Shown piece after piece: positions 1 through 17,231 of a stretch of 64,000 bases of DNA. Where the stretch lies: positions 7,626,001 to 7,690,000 of the forward strand of contig CP075493.1 in NCBI GenBank assembly GCA_021613535.1. Reading direction: 5' to 3'. The stretch comes from Adineta vaga (taxonomy: Eukaryota > Animalia > Rotifera). Under the pieces are notes generated by a model. The model was not told where the DNA came from. It saw only the letters and a list, made by a program, of their open reading frames with translations, and ran no database searches. The position numbers were made by a program, and so were the translations under genes. Positions within the stretch are counted from its first letter, which is position 1, and every line of letters begins with the position of its first letter.

Positions 1-919
1 AAATGATTTATTTAATAGAATGCAAAGAAGAAGATATTACCTGCACTTTCAGTGATTGGTTGTAGTGGTGGTGATGATGACGATGATGATGCGTTTACAC
101 GACGTTGTTGTTGAGCTTCTTGTAAAACTCGGAGAATATTTCTTTCATCAGCATCATCATCTTCTTCCTCATCTTCCTCATCATCATCCTCATCATTATT
201 ATTATCATCATCGTCATCATCGGACTCTGATGATGATGATGATGATGATGTTGTTGAAGATTCGCTACTATTTTCACTACTGCTATCACTACTATTACTA
301 CTGCTGCTATTGCCATTGTTGCTACTGAGGGGTAAAAATAAAGGAGAAGATTCTCTCGGTATATTCAATGGTTGAATTGTTGGTATTGATGATGAACTTG
401 CAGCCGTAAGTGAAGTAGCTGAGTTGGAATTTTCACTCCATATATTGGATGATGACGATATAGATGATGCTGATAAAAATGATGGACGTTGTTTATGTTT
501 AATTAAATATTGTGCTAAACGCCAATCATTTTCCGCTATAATGAAAATGTCTTAAATTTGATAAAAAAACGTCAATATCTGAATGGTATTTACATGATAA
601 CATTGCTCCGAACAGTTCATTAACTGTCGCCGGTAGAGTATTTTCAGGTGGTAGAAGACTTTTTAATAATTGTAATGCATGTTTAACTGTTCGTGGCTTC
701 ATATTAGCACGTAAAACAACATCAGCTATTTCACGTACGGCTTGTTTTCGTGTAATTTTTGATTCAGCATACAAGAGAACATCAGTAATATTCTATATGA
801 ATTTAAAACAATCAGTTCGGAATAGTTTATTTTAATGATATACATACATGATTACTATCATTAGTTGAACTATCGCTATTACTGTCTATTTGTGATGATG
901 GAATCATATCCAAAGACAT
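1..919 (-). CDS. Uncharacterised protein with an N-terminal helical domain and long Ser/Asp/Glu low-complexity tract; 3' end beyond the window start
   Basis: ATG at 919. Exons about 919-848, 792-594 and 535-42 join in frame via GT-AG introns (MSLDMIPSS...NITDVLLYAESKITRKQAVREI...LLPPENTLPAT...SENDWRLAQY...SSSS/DDDD). A donor near 41 opens an intron that runs off the window. Confidence 0.65.
60..320. repeat. Trinucleotide low-complexity tract ((GAT)n/(CAT)n/(ACT)n) encoding poly-Ser/Asp/Glu
   Basis: Imperfect GAT/CAT/CTA runs visible directly. They explain the spurious poly-His/Met ORFs in other frames. Confidence 0.9.
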
Positions 920-1304
920 ATTGTCAATGACTGCAGAATGGTTTGTTTTTCGATATCAAATATCTACAATATTCTATAAAAAGAAAACAATTGTTTTTGT
1001 CCATGTTATTTTAGAGTTTAAAGTTCTCGGATGTTTTTCTTATAAATATTATCCTATGATCGTCCAATTCAAAATGGCACGATGATACTAAATTATACAA
1101 CTAGAAATAAAAAGAAGACTAAGAATTAAAGCATAAACATATCGAGAATTTCCTCTCATTTCTTTTCTTTTCTTTAATGTCAAAGACAACTGACAGCACA
1201 AACATATAGGAACAAAACAATAAACGTCATGAGAAGAATGGTGTTCATAAAAAAAAGAGAAATAAAGAAAATGATACAGTAGCAAGTTACAGAAAAAGAA
1301 AGAC

Positions 1305-3039
1305 TCATTTTTCGATTTCATCGTCGTTACTATTCATGTTTATATTTGCAGAAGTTTTATCGGTTAAGAATGGATTTTCATAAGCAGTACTTTTCGCTGG
1401 TGGTGGTGCTAATGTAATATCATCAGAAGCATTCCTAGAATTAGTAATAAACATATTAATCGAATGAAATATTCTACGAAAAATTTCTCTTACCATTTGT
1501 TGTTGACCCATTTATAATTACGAGCAGATGGATACGGAACACGAGGATGTGAATACATACAATTTGGTCGCATACATTGTACACCGAATTTACAGATCTA
1601 GTAGAAATGAAATATGTGTATCAAGATTAACTTAGGGAGAACTCTAATGGAAATTCAATTGACTTTATCTGTCTAATATGAAACTATGTTGTTCTTACAA
1701 ACAAACATATATACACGCAAAGTTAATCACGTTTGTTTCTTATCTATTAAAACCGCAAGTAGTCATTTGCAGACAGTTTCACATAAATATTTGATACTTA
1801 CCGTTGAACTTTCTGGTCGATTTGTATTTGATGATCGACCAGTTGCTGTTGCACCATTATTATTATTATTATTATTTGTTGATGATGGTGATGATGCTGG
1901 AGTTGATGATGCATGTAAATAGGGACAATCCGGTCTTGCACAGACATTACCAAACCGACATGGCGGATGTATATATAAACATTCAGCACCATAAACACAA
2001 TTTGGAAAATGTCTAAAGTAAAAATTCTAACTAGACATGTCTTCTTTAAAGAAATGAATGCAACTTACGTGCAACGTTGAGTTGGATGAGCAAATTCACA
2101 TTGTTCACCACTATGACAATCAGGCCAAAATCGACATCGTTTCAGTTTTTTATTTGTGGATGCAAGTGAAGTTGTCGGAGGTGAATATTGTTCATGATCA
2201 TTTTCATCTGACATCATATCATCACTTAATTTACGTTTAAATGTTGCATTTCCTCGTTCATCATCGTAGTCACTACTAAGCATTGGATTTCCATTAGCAT
2301 CTAAAGGATAATCATTTAACATCCAAATATTATTAATATCATCACCACCAGTTTCATAATCATTATTTACGACAACAACAAACTAAAACAAATATTCATT
2401 ATTATACATTTTAATCTAATCCATTTGAAACTATAATAATTTTATGTTACTTACTTCATCTTCATCATCATCATCTTCTTCAAAATCCATTGGTGATATT
2501 CGTTGTTCATCAGATTTTGTTTCATTAGTTGTTGCACAATAATCATTTTTAATACGAATTTTCATGTTTCCTAATGTTGGTTCAGCTTTATTAATTAAAC
2601 TAGTAGGATCAACCCATGTTGGTTCTCTAGCTCTCAAACGTTTGGCTAATGTTCGTGTAGTTAAACATTCTGTTGTACCATCAGGTTTCATTACTTTAAC
2701 TACACCGTTTGTTTTATTTAATTTCATCAAAACACTCTTATTTGCATCGGAAACAGCTTGGAAAAGGAGTTTTTTCGATGGTTCATTTTCTCGTGGTTTA
2801 CGTTCACTAACTTGAATTCTACTGGCAATTGTTGTTGATGCTTGACGTTTATGATTATTTTCTTCATCTTGATTGTGATGTAAAATTGTTCCTATTTCAG
2901 AATAAAGTGTACGCTGTTTTTTATGTATTGGTTCATTATCTGTTAAACAACGACCACTTTTTAATACACGATGTACTGATGAAGTATCTTCCACTTTTCG
3001 ACCACTCGATAGTATTCGATATGAACCTTCATTTGCCAT
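1305..3039 (-). CDS. ZC3H14: CCCH zinc-finger poly(A)-binding protein, ZC3H14/Nab2-like
   Basis: Tandem CCCH fingers: CRFWPDCHSGEQCEFAHP, (CT)TFPNCVYGAECLYIHP, CRFGNVCARPDCPYLH, CKFGVQCMRPNCMYSHP, followed by YKW. About 6 exons. An in-frame TAA lies just upstream of ATG 3039. Confidence 0.75.
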
Positions 3040-3149
3040 TCTATTTTATATCTAGAAAAAAAAGTCAAACACAGGGATTGTATCATTCACTAGAAAATAG
3101 GCTAGAATAAACAATCAAAATGACACACACACACAAACACATAACAAAA

Positions 3150-3678
3150 TTATGTTTGACTATCGAATGCATTAGCAATAACGGATGTTGGTGATGTAGT
3201 CGAATCGGTAGTCGATGAAGGTTTATCTTTACTTCCATATAAATTTGGATATTTAGCGAAACATTCGTGTAACGCACCAAAATCTGACAGACATTCTGAA
3301 CCTTTCGTTTTTGCATCACTACTATGAAAACAAGTAAATGCTCGACGAAATACTAAACCACATGGACCTGAAGCCATACCGCCCAGGCATGGACAATCCC
3401 AATTAATTGAACCATTTGGTAAAATTAAGCCTAACGAAATATAAATGCAGTTAATCGTATTTCATCATGATATGTTTTGAATCAAAAAGAATACTATACC
3501 ATGTTGTTCCCATGTATCAAACTGTTCATCTTCTTTTAGTTTAATTGTAGATGGAGAACTTAATTCATCTTTCGTTAGAAACATTACTTTGTCTTTTCCA
3601 TGACCTGAAGGACAAAAATATTCCTTAAATTTAATAATCATTTAAATAATTAATACCTTGTTTAGTACAGTAAGACAT
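3150..3678 (-). CDS. CHCHD4: Mitochondrial intermembrane-space import oxidoreductase Mia40
   Basis: Three exons giving [21 protein letters not shown]...[25 protein letters not shown]...FTCF...C...[13 protein letters not shown], with the CPC motif and twin CX9C. Confidence 0.95.
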
Positions 3679-3779
3679 ATTCGAGACGAGTCAATGATGT
3701 AATGATTCCGATCGGTTTTTCTTCTAATGACAGACAGTTTAGTTATAAATGAATGTTATTTCATTTGAAATCGAATGGT

Positions 3780-3840
3780 GCAAATTTCAACCAATAGAAA
3801 ACGTCATTCGATCCTCTTCGAAATGAACCAATCACAACCC
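3780..3840. promoter_or_regulatory. Two CCAAT boxes in the divergent CHCHD4 / alpha-actinin promoter region
   Basis: CCAATAG near 3791 and CCAATCA near 3828, 110-150 nt upstream of the CHCHD4 ATG. Confidence 0.4.
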
Positions 3841-5258
3841 GAATTACTTTTTCTGGGGATGACTATCAATCAGACAAGGTACTGTTCAAGAATCATGTTC
3901 ATTGTTTAAAATTTCGACATATGTTGTTGTTTTTTTCTCTCAATTTTCAATCAATCGTTCAAGTAATATCTTTCTTCGATAGAATTATTAATCATTATTA
4001 CTTTTGTTTCATTAGTTACTTTCGTAAGAAAAGGAAAAATAAGAGATTAGGTAGTGACTATCGAACAAAAGGAAAAATCTTTAAAAATATGTATGTATGT
4101 ATGTATGGCCAATTTTATCATTCATTGTGACAAGTGATGTTTTTTTACGTTCTTTATCCATCGATCTTAATGATGTTGTCCATATATGTACGTTGTAGGA
4201 AACCTCGGAAGAAAATAAAATAACAGAGAACGAGAGTGAAAGAGAGAGAGAGAGAACAATGCGATGAATGAAGGAAAAGATTATAACACGGACAAACATA
4301 TAAAGACACATACATAGGTATACGAGTCTATCGTTATCGTTTCGAAGAAGAAAGAAACTGTGCGCTTACGGATGACGCCTCATACTAAACATCGATCGAA
4401 CATTTGTCAGTACCGAAGAAACATCGTCCCTTTTTCTCATTGTATCTCATATGTTTGATAGTAAGGCGTTTTAACCATTACTAATACTTGATTTCTGTCT
4501 AGATGAAATCTTCGTTTTCTTTTTTTTTGATGATTCAAGGACTTCGACGAGAAAAAAGGAGCGACGTCATTGAGAAAACCATCAAAATACAAGGATAGAT
4601 TGATCATCATTGTTAGTTCTTTTGTGTGCATTCCGTACTTTAGATCGTAATCAGTACAACGATATGAAAAAGAAAGAGCGTGGATCAAAAGAAAAAAAAA
4701 GAACGAATATACAACTACGAAAATGGCTAATCAAACTAACTATATACATGAGAAGAGAGAAAAAAATATAGTCCATTTTTTCTTTTGTATTACATCGACA
4801 TTCGTATCATTTATTCTAAAACGAGAGTTTTTTTAGTGCACAGACGAAGCGAAAGAACTAGCGATATATATATATTTGATATTTATCCGTTCACTCGATT
4901 GAACAAGACTATTAACTTAGGTAAATACACGATTCAACTATTAAAAAAATACTAACATCTACTTATTATACGATGCGTACAGGTCTGCCTGTTGGTCCCA
5001 CGCATTTTATCACCTGCCCTTCTTTCTTTTATATTTTTCTTGTTCTGTTTAACAGTAATGTCAATGATTGTCTGGTATTTTGTTTCATAAAACAGGCACG
5101 TAGGCAAAATGAGTATGAGTTGAAGTGACTCACAGAGAGAAAAACAAGCTATAAAAACGAACGTGAGTAAATTTTCTTTTTCAGATGTTCTCTTCTCTTA
5201 CCATCACTGTTTAATATTAACCATAAAAGGAAAAGTATACGAGAGAAAGTAAAAAAAG

Positions 5259-9301
<4,043 letters not shown>

Positions 9302-10133
9302 GATGATTTTGTTTCTTCTTCTTCTTTTCCTATGAACGATCTCTATTTTCTATCACTTTTATTTTTTCTTCGCGTCTCTGAATTCCAACAGGAAAAAAGA
9401 ACGAAATTTTGTTTGCTTATTTGTTTTTTTTTGCACAAAGACACTTATTCATTTGTTCTGATGATCAAATATACATACATGAGACATACACATACACAAT
9501 CAAAGTCGATTACTCACTTCGTTGGATTCATAGTTTAACCTTTCTTACACTCTTTCTCTTTTGTCTTATATCTTGTTCATGTTCGCTTCTTTTTCTCCTC
9601 TTTCATGGATTATCTTTGTTTTATATACATATATATGCAAACGTCCAAACCTTCTTTCTTCTAGCTGAAAAAAAAAGAAAACGAATGAATTAAAATTTTG
9701 TTCTAAATGCTACTTTGTACTCTTTCTCGCTCATGTTTTTTCTCTATTAAATGTAAGAGGAAGAATTCTTGCTATTGTCTTTTGCTCTTCTTGTTCTTAT
9801 TCATAAATATATTATTTTGTTGTTGATCATCAAAGATTCGTCTTATACTGATGGAAAAGTTGCTCGTATAGTCGAATAACATGTAAAGAAACGGCTATAA
9901 AATAGATAGAATCTTTCAAGGATTATTCTTTTTAAACATATCAAGAGTTAGTCATTCCTCTGACTGCTTAGAATATATTTTCATCGAAAAAAAACCCAGA
10001 TTCGATCGTGTTTAGAATCATGAATTTAAAATGTATTATCATCTAATCCATATGCCGCACGTCTTTGTTGCTTATCAATTCACAAGTTTACTTATTGATT
10101 GCAATTCATTTGTTTTCACACAAAAGAATTATC

Positions 10134-10851
10134 ATGTTGAATAACACTATGTGGATAACCAGTCTGTACATAAAAACAATAATCAGTAATGAAAAGTTTG
10201 GTGAAATTATGTTTATTGTCATCGTTATTTTATGGTATGCATCAAGTATTGTATTTCTATTAAAAATGCAAACAGATACAACAACGGATATGTTTGATAA
10301 TTCAACAAAACGTTCAACAAGATTATTTGTCCAAAGTCTACGTGACCAAACCAATAATACCGAAGTATTAAGTAAATCACTATATAAATTTGTTGTTAAT
10401 AAAATTGGAAATAAATAGATTTTGTTGCACGTTCTGTTTTCTAGAGGAACTTGTCGATAAACAAAAACGTGATAAGTTATGGGATATTTATTTAGGAGAT
10501 TCTCGTGATAAAGTCATGCGAGCTGAATCACGTCGAATTCGAAATATTGAAAAACAATTGGCAACTGTTGATCCATATCGTCGAGATAGTGTTCAAAGAA
10601 TACTCGATGATAGTTTTATACAAGATTTAGATTCAGATTTAGGGTCAGTCAATACAGATTCATCTTCATCAAATACACGTGTACGTACTCGACGTCGATC
10701 ATCCATAGACCATCAAATACTTGAACAATGGAAATTATTAGCAAATGAATTGAAACCACATGAATATTGGCCATGGGCAATACAGAGATTATTCATACGA
10801 AGACATTTAAGACGACAACGATGTGCAACACATAGTGGATCAACAACTTGA
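10134..10851 (+). CDS. Uncharacterised single-pass (type III-like) membrane protein, paralog A
   Basis: Two exons (intron about 10372-10444). TM segment IMFIVIVILWYASSIVFLL. Shares ELVDKQKR..LWDIYLG, RIR.IEKQLAT and RRRSS.D.Q.LE.WK.LAN with 26812-27973. Confidence 0.75.
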
Positions 10852-11562
10852 TTGAAAAGAAAACAATTTTATCATTACCCAAAGATGCATCGTAATGAAC
10901 TAATCTAAATAAAAATCTTCTCAGCAATATTTGTATTGATCTATTTGATTTTTCGAATATAATACTCGAAATAAATGAAGAATTTTCCTTTAGAATTAGA
11001 TCATCTGATAATGATCCGTATCAAGCGGTACCATCATACAAATCCGACCTTCTTAATAAAAGGGCATTAGAAGAAAAGAATACATACAAGTGCATGATAT
11101 GCATCTTAATGTTAAATAATAATAATGATGAAGAAAAAGTACGAGACATGACATGGTAATATGTAAAAATAGTACATGAAAACTACATTGACTTGTATAT
11201 AAGATGAAATTATAATTCTTCAAATGATACATATAGTTTTTGAAATACTTGAGGATTTCATCAATATTATCCGAATAATTCTCAATAAATAGTTGATACA
11301 TTTATTCAATCCAACACGTAAATGATGAGAAGATCCTTCACATATGTAAAGATGTATTATTGAGAAATCGAGAGAGAGAGAGAGAGAAGTCTTTTGCCTA
11401 TCGTACTTGTTCATTGGTATCTGTTCTCTCATTTGTAGATTTATTATAACGTTACTAATATAGAATATTCATCTTTCTATATATAACTCAATAAAGAAAA
11501 ACAATCGACAAGCGTACTAAATGTAATATGACTATGACATTCATTTGCAAGTCATCTTTGCG

Positions 11563-12720
11563 ATGCAAGTATCAATCATGCTGTCTCAATTACTCGTATG
11601 TATATCCTTGTAAATAAAATCTACAAAGATCTATTTTGTTGTATTTAGATAATTTGTTTGTTGGTTTACGAATACCGAGTTTTTTCTTACAATACAATAG
11701 TTAGGAATATAGTACTTGGTGAAGATGCTTTTACTATTAAAAGAGCAGCTAATATCGAATCTAAAAGTAATAAACAAACAGAAAATCATGGATCTCTGTC
11801 TGATGATATCATTGAACTAAATATTGGTGGTGAAAAAATGACAACATTACGATCGACATTGACTGCAGTACCCAATTCAAAACTATCATCAATGTTCAGT
11901 AAAGATAATGCAAAGAGGATGTTACCTTTGGATAAACAAGGTGCTGTATTTTTCGATTACAATCCTCTCTATTTTAGTTATTTACTTGATCAATTACGTG
12001 ATATCAAACGTATACCTGATCTATCAGGATATCACTTACAAATTCCAGCTCCATACATGAATTCTCATGTGAATTTTACTCATATGCTTGTCGATCTTGG
12101 TTTAACACGTACGATCATCTTTTTTTGAAATAGGTTCTTTTTATATAAGTACATTTTTTCTATTTATTCTAGCTGATTATTTGTTATCACCAATGGAAGG
12201 TACACATCTTAATTTAAGTATAAATTCTCTTGTTGGTTGGAAAGAATGTTATCGTAGTACGTACAATAATTCATTCGATTTGTCCGTATTAACAAAATCA
12301 TGTAATGGAAATCTACTTCTTGTTGGTTGCCGTTCAACGATTAATAAAAAGATTCTTACTCTAGCAGCTATTGGAGAACGGGAAGATATTTTACATCCAT
12401 GTTTACCAAGACAATGTAAAATAAATGGCAGATTAAAAAAGAAAAATAAGACATTATTTTGTTCATCCCGTCATCAATGTATTACACAAGCGAAACGTGG
12501 CGTTGGATGGTATCATGTACCTGATCAAACTTGGGGTTTTGTTCGTGGTTCTCTATCGTTTGTAGTGAATCCATGTGATGCTAGTAATTTAGATTCAGAT
12601 TATCGACTCTGTTGGTCTACCCAAAGAAATAATCAACAGGGTAATGGTGATCGATGTGGTAGTACAAAGAATATACAAGATTCAAATAAATGGGAACGTC
12701 TTATTTATTATATTCAATAA
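11563..12720 (+). CDS. Signal peptide + KCTD/T1-type BTB domain + Cys-rich C-terminal domain
   Basis: Exons about 11563-11595, 11650-12108 and 12171-12720. N-terminus MQVSIMLSQLLIICLLVYEYRVFS; BTB IIELNIGGEKMTTLRSTLTAVPNSKLSSMFS...VFFDYNPLYFSYLLDQLR; C-domain GWKECYRSTY...GVGWY...WGF...YRLCW...RCG...WERLIY. Confidence 0.8.
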
Positions 12721-13041
12721 ACATGATCTATTTGTTTTTGCATAGATAATTAAAATTTAACTTGTGTTCATAGTATAGTTATAGTCATGCATAGTTATCG
12801 GAAGAATATTGCCGATAATAATAAAATAGAAAGTGAATCAACAGTTGATTGCCATTTATATTCATATCGTTTCTTCGTTTGATGATGATGATGAAATTAG
12901 AATGTTTTATCGACAACTAGAGATATCTAACGTAAATTCATCGATATTCAAATAATAGAATAGTAAACATTCTCTGTCTTTGTTATCAAATGTCACTATC
13001 TTTTCAAAATCATTTCATTTATTATTATCACATTCAAAACT

Positions 13042-14558
<1,517 letters not shown>

Positions 14559-14747
14559 ATTTATGTTTTAACTTAAATATAGTTGTAAATTAATCAATTT
14601 CTTCTATTTTCTGTATCTTAGTTTATTTTTTACCAATAAATTTATATGCACTATTACATCGATTGTATATATAAAATACATTAGACGCAGCTTTGTTATC
14701 GTATACCGAATGAAAACATCGTCGGGTCAAAAACGATATTCTTCAGC

Positions 14748-15832
14748 ATGAAACGATTATCGACACTCTTCTCTGTATTTCTTGTAGGTGTTCTTTCCTT
14801 TCGAATAAATAGTTTTTTAAATAGTTTTTGGAATATTATTATAGGTTATATGGTTCATTTTATTGGATCATTCAATTATAATTGCTCGGAGTGTGGATTA
14901 TTTCGAATCATCAGAAAATGATGAATCGATTGTTACAACACAAAATACAAGCATTTTTTCGATTACAATCCTATTCAATTTGAATATTTACTTGATCAAC
15001 TACGATCAATAAAACGCATGCCAGAAATATCTGCTTATGAACTTAACTTTCTCGCACCAAATGCTCAGGTAGCATTTAATTTTTCGACAATGATTTTGGA
15101 ACTTGGATTGAATCATAAGTTAAAGAACACAGAAAATTCGAATCATTTATTGTCTTTTCCTTTGTAGCTGATCGTTTTTTGTTTCCAATTGTTGGTACGC
15201 ATCTTAATCTGAGAGTAGAATCTCTTGTTGGATGGAAACAATGTTTCCATGGAAAATATAATATTCCATTTGATAGTAAAGTTTTAACAAATGTTTGCAA
15301 AGGCAAACGTCTCCTTGTTGCTTGTCGATCCACAAATGATACAAAAACATTAGTTGTCGCTGGTATGAGCAAACGAGAACATACATTTTCACCATGTACA
15401 ACATATGAATATTGTGCAACGGAAAAGAAAAATGGTATAAGCTTTTATTATGTACACAATCATGTTTGGGGATTTAAAGGATCCCCCGATGTATCTCTCG
15501 ACGTAAGTTAGAAGTTCACGGATCAATCTAGCATAATTAAACTATATCTATCGATGAGATTGAAAGGTAAAATATTTATTGCTTTATTTCAGGACCCTAT
15601 TGAAATGGACACTGAGGATGATGGTCATGGTCATGGTCATGACAATCATCAACAAGAATATGACGAAGTAGTGGATTTGGATACATGTGATCAGAGTGAT
15701 CTGAATTCCGAATATCGACTTTGTTGGTCTTTACGTTCAAATATTCGCCGTCGTGTTGGAGATCGTTGTGGTAGTTTAAAAAATCTTCATAACACGGAAG
15801 GATGGGAACGTCTCATTTATCATATTGATTAA
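14748..15832 (+). pseudogene. Disrupted duplicate of the BTB + Cys-domain gene
   Basis: Same exon plan as 11563-12720. The first half of the BTB domain is deleted with a frameshift near 14950 (stop at 15010-15012), and the donor at 15115 reads ATAAGT instead of GT. Confidence 0.7.
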
Positions 15833-16085
15833 CATTTTCTTTATATCATCAGACAAATCATTTATCTACGTATAGAATAATATTCTTAGATCTTTGTTTA
15901 TATGGCACATTGTAGAAGCAGAATTTATCGTATACATATATAACAAAATAACAAAAAGTATTTTCATCGTTGATAATATCAACGAATAAAGTCTATTTTT
16001 CTTTAATAAGTCATATACAAAAACAAAAACAGGATAGAAATTTCACATCAGATTATATTAAAACAAATACAATTCTTTCTTTGAA

Positions 16086-16486
16086 CTATTTGTGTTCGTC
16101 TTCGCCATTGTCCGATAATTCAGCATCATCATCATCATCATCATCTTCTTGTTCATCTTGATTCTCCTCATCGTCGCCATTATCATCATCATCTATAAAA
16201 CAACAAACAGAAAATTTACATTTGTATTAAAACATGTACACATTCTATTACGTTCTAATTTACGTTTTTTCTGATCACCATTTGCATTTTGTTCAAGTCG
16301 AGCTTTATTTACAAATTCCGTTAAAATTTTTGAAATATTTGATTTTAAACGTTGATTAGCAGCTATTAAACCTTCATACGAAGATGATGAATCTTTCGTC
16401 GATGAATCGAGAACAGATTCTTCTAAGATTTGATGAAACTGTTCTGATTTTACATTTAAAATCGCTTGAACTTTTGACGTAGTCAT
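16086..16486 (-). CDS. Small acidic protein, possibly KEOPS subunit GON7-like
   Basis: Two exons. The amphipathic helix SYEGLIAANQRLKSNISKILTEFV followed by KKRK and a D/E tail resembles Gon7/C14orf142 organisation (from recollection, not aligned). Confidence 0.5.
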
Positions 16487-17231
16487 CTGGATGAAAAGAA
16501 TAGATTTTTAAGAAAAATCTTCTATGAATATCAAATTTTACGAGAAAAATCTTTTCGTATTATTTTTATCGAATAAAATTCATTTTTTCATACATGAATA
16601 TTCCATATATGAAAGTTAACAATGAATTTCATTCATTTACTTTTCCAAGTGTAAATTTCGAACAATGCCACAGATAGAAATCCAGGTGCATGTCGTACTC
16701 AACAACTTGAAATCTAACTTCTTTAGTTTATTTTCTTTTATAAAAATAAGCATAACTAATCTTTTAACAAGCCTATAAATAGTAGAGATCAAAATGGAGG
16801 ACAGTATGTAGTTTAGTTCGATGCTCACTGAAGGAGGCTACGAAATAAGCCATTGGTAATCATTAGATCGAAATTGATTCATTACTCCAATGAAAAAAGA
16901 AGTAGACCATCGAAGTCTCATCCAATAGAAAATCGAATAGTAGTTTTGAAAAAAAACTTACTTTATATTTTGACGAAAATCTTTGTTGTAATCAATTGAT
17001 CTTAGTAAAATCTAGAATATACAATCAATAGAAGGACAAAGCAAGTGTCCTAAAAAATACTTTTAATCTTATTTAATAACTCTGTTTTTTTTTCTCATTC
17101 CATTCTCATACATACATACACACACACACACACAAACGAAGTAAGAGATATGGATAGACAATCACTTCAAATATACAACGAAGAAAAGAAAAAGAATATA
17201 ACATCAGAAAAGAAAGAAACATCGTTGTTCA

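Noticed and set aside
56-328. Poly-His/Met/Tyr ORFs (56..328 +, 95..316 -)
   Set aside because: Alternative-frame shadows of the trinucleotide tract encoding the Ser/Asp region of the minus-strand gene.
5165-5184. Acceptor upstream of the alpha-actinin ATG as a trans-splice site
   Set aside because: A good cis donor (ag|gtaaat at 4921) and ample upstream promoter space explain it as an ordinary 5'UTR intron.
11602-11609. ATATCCTT, a U12-type 5' splice-site look-alike (tempting given RBM48 in the window)
   Set aside because: It lies 6 nt inside a normal GT-AG intron, has no TCCTTAAC branch site or AC end, and the paralog uses GT at the equivalent junction.
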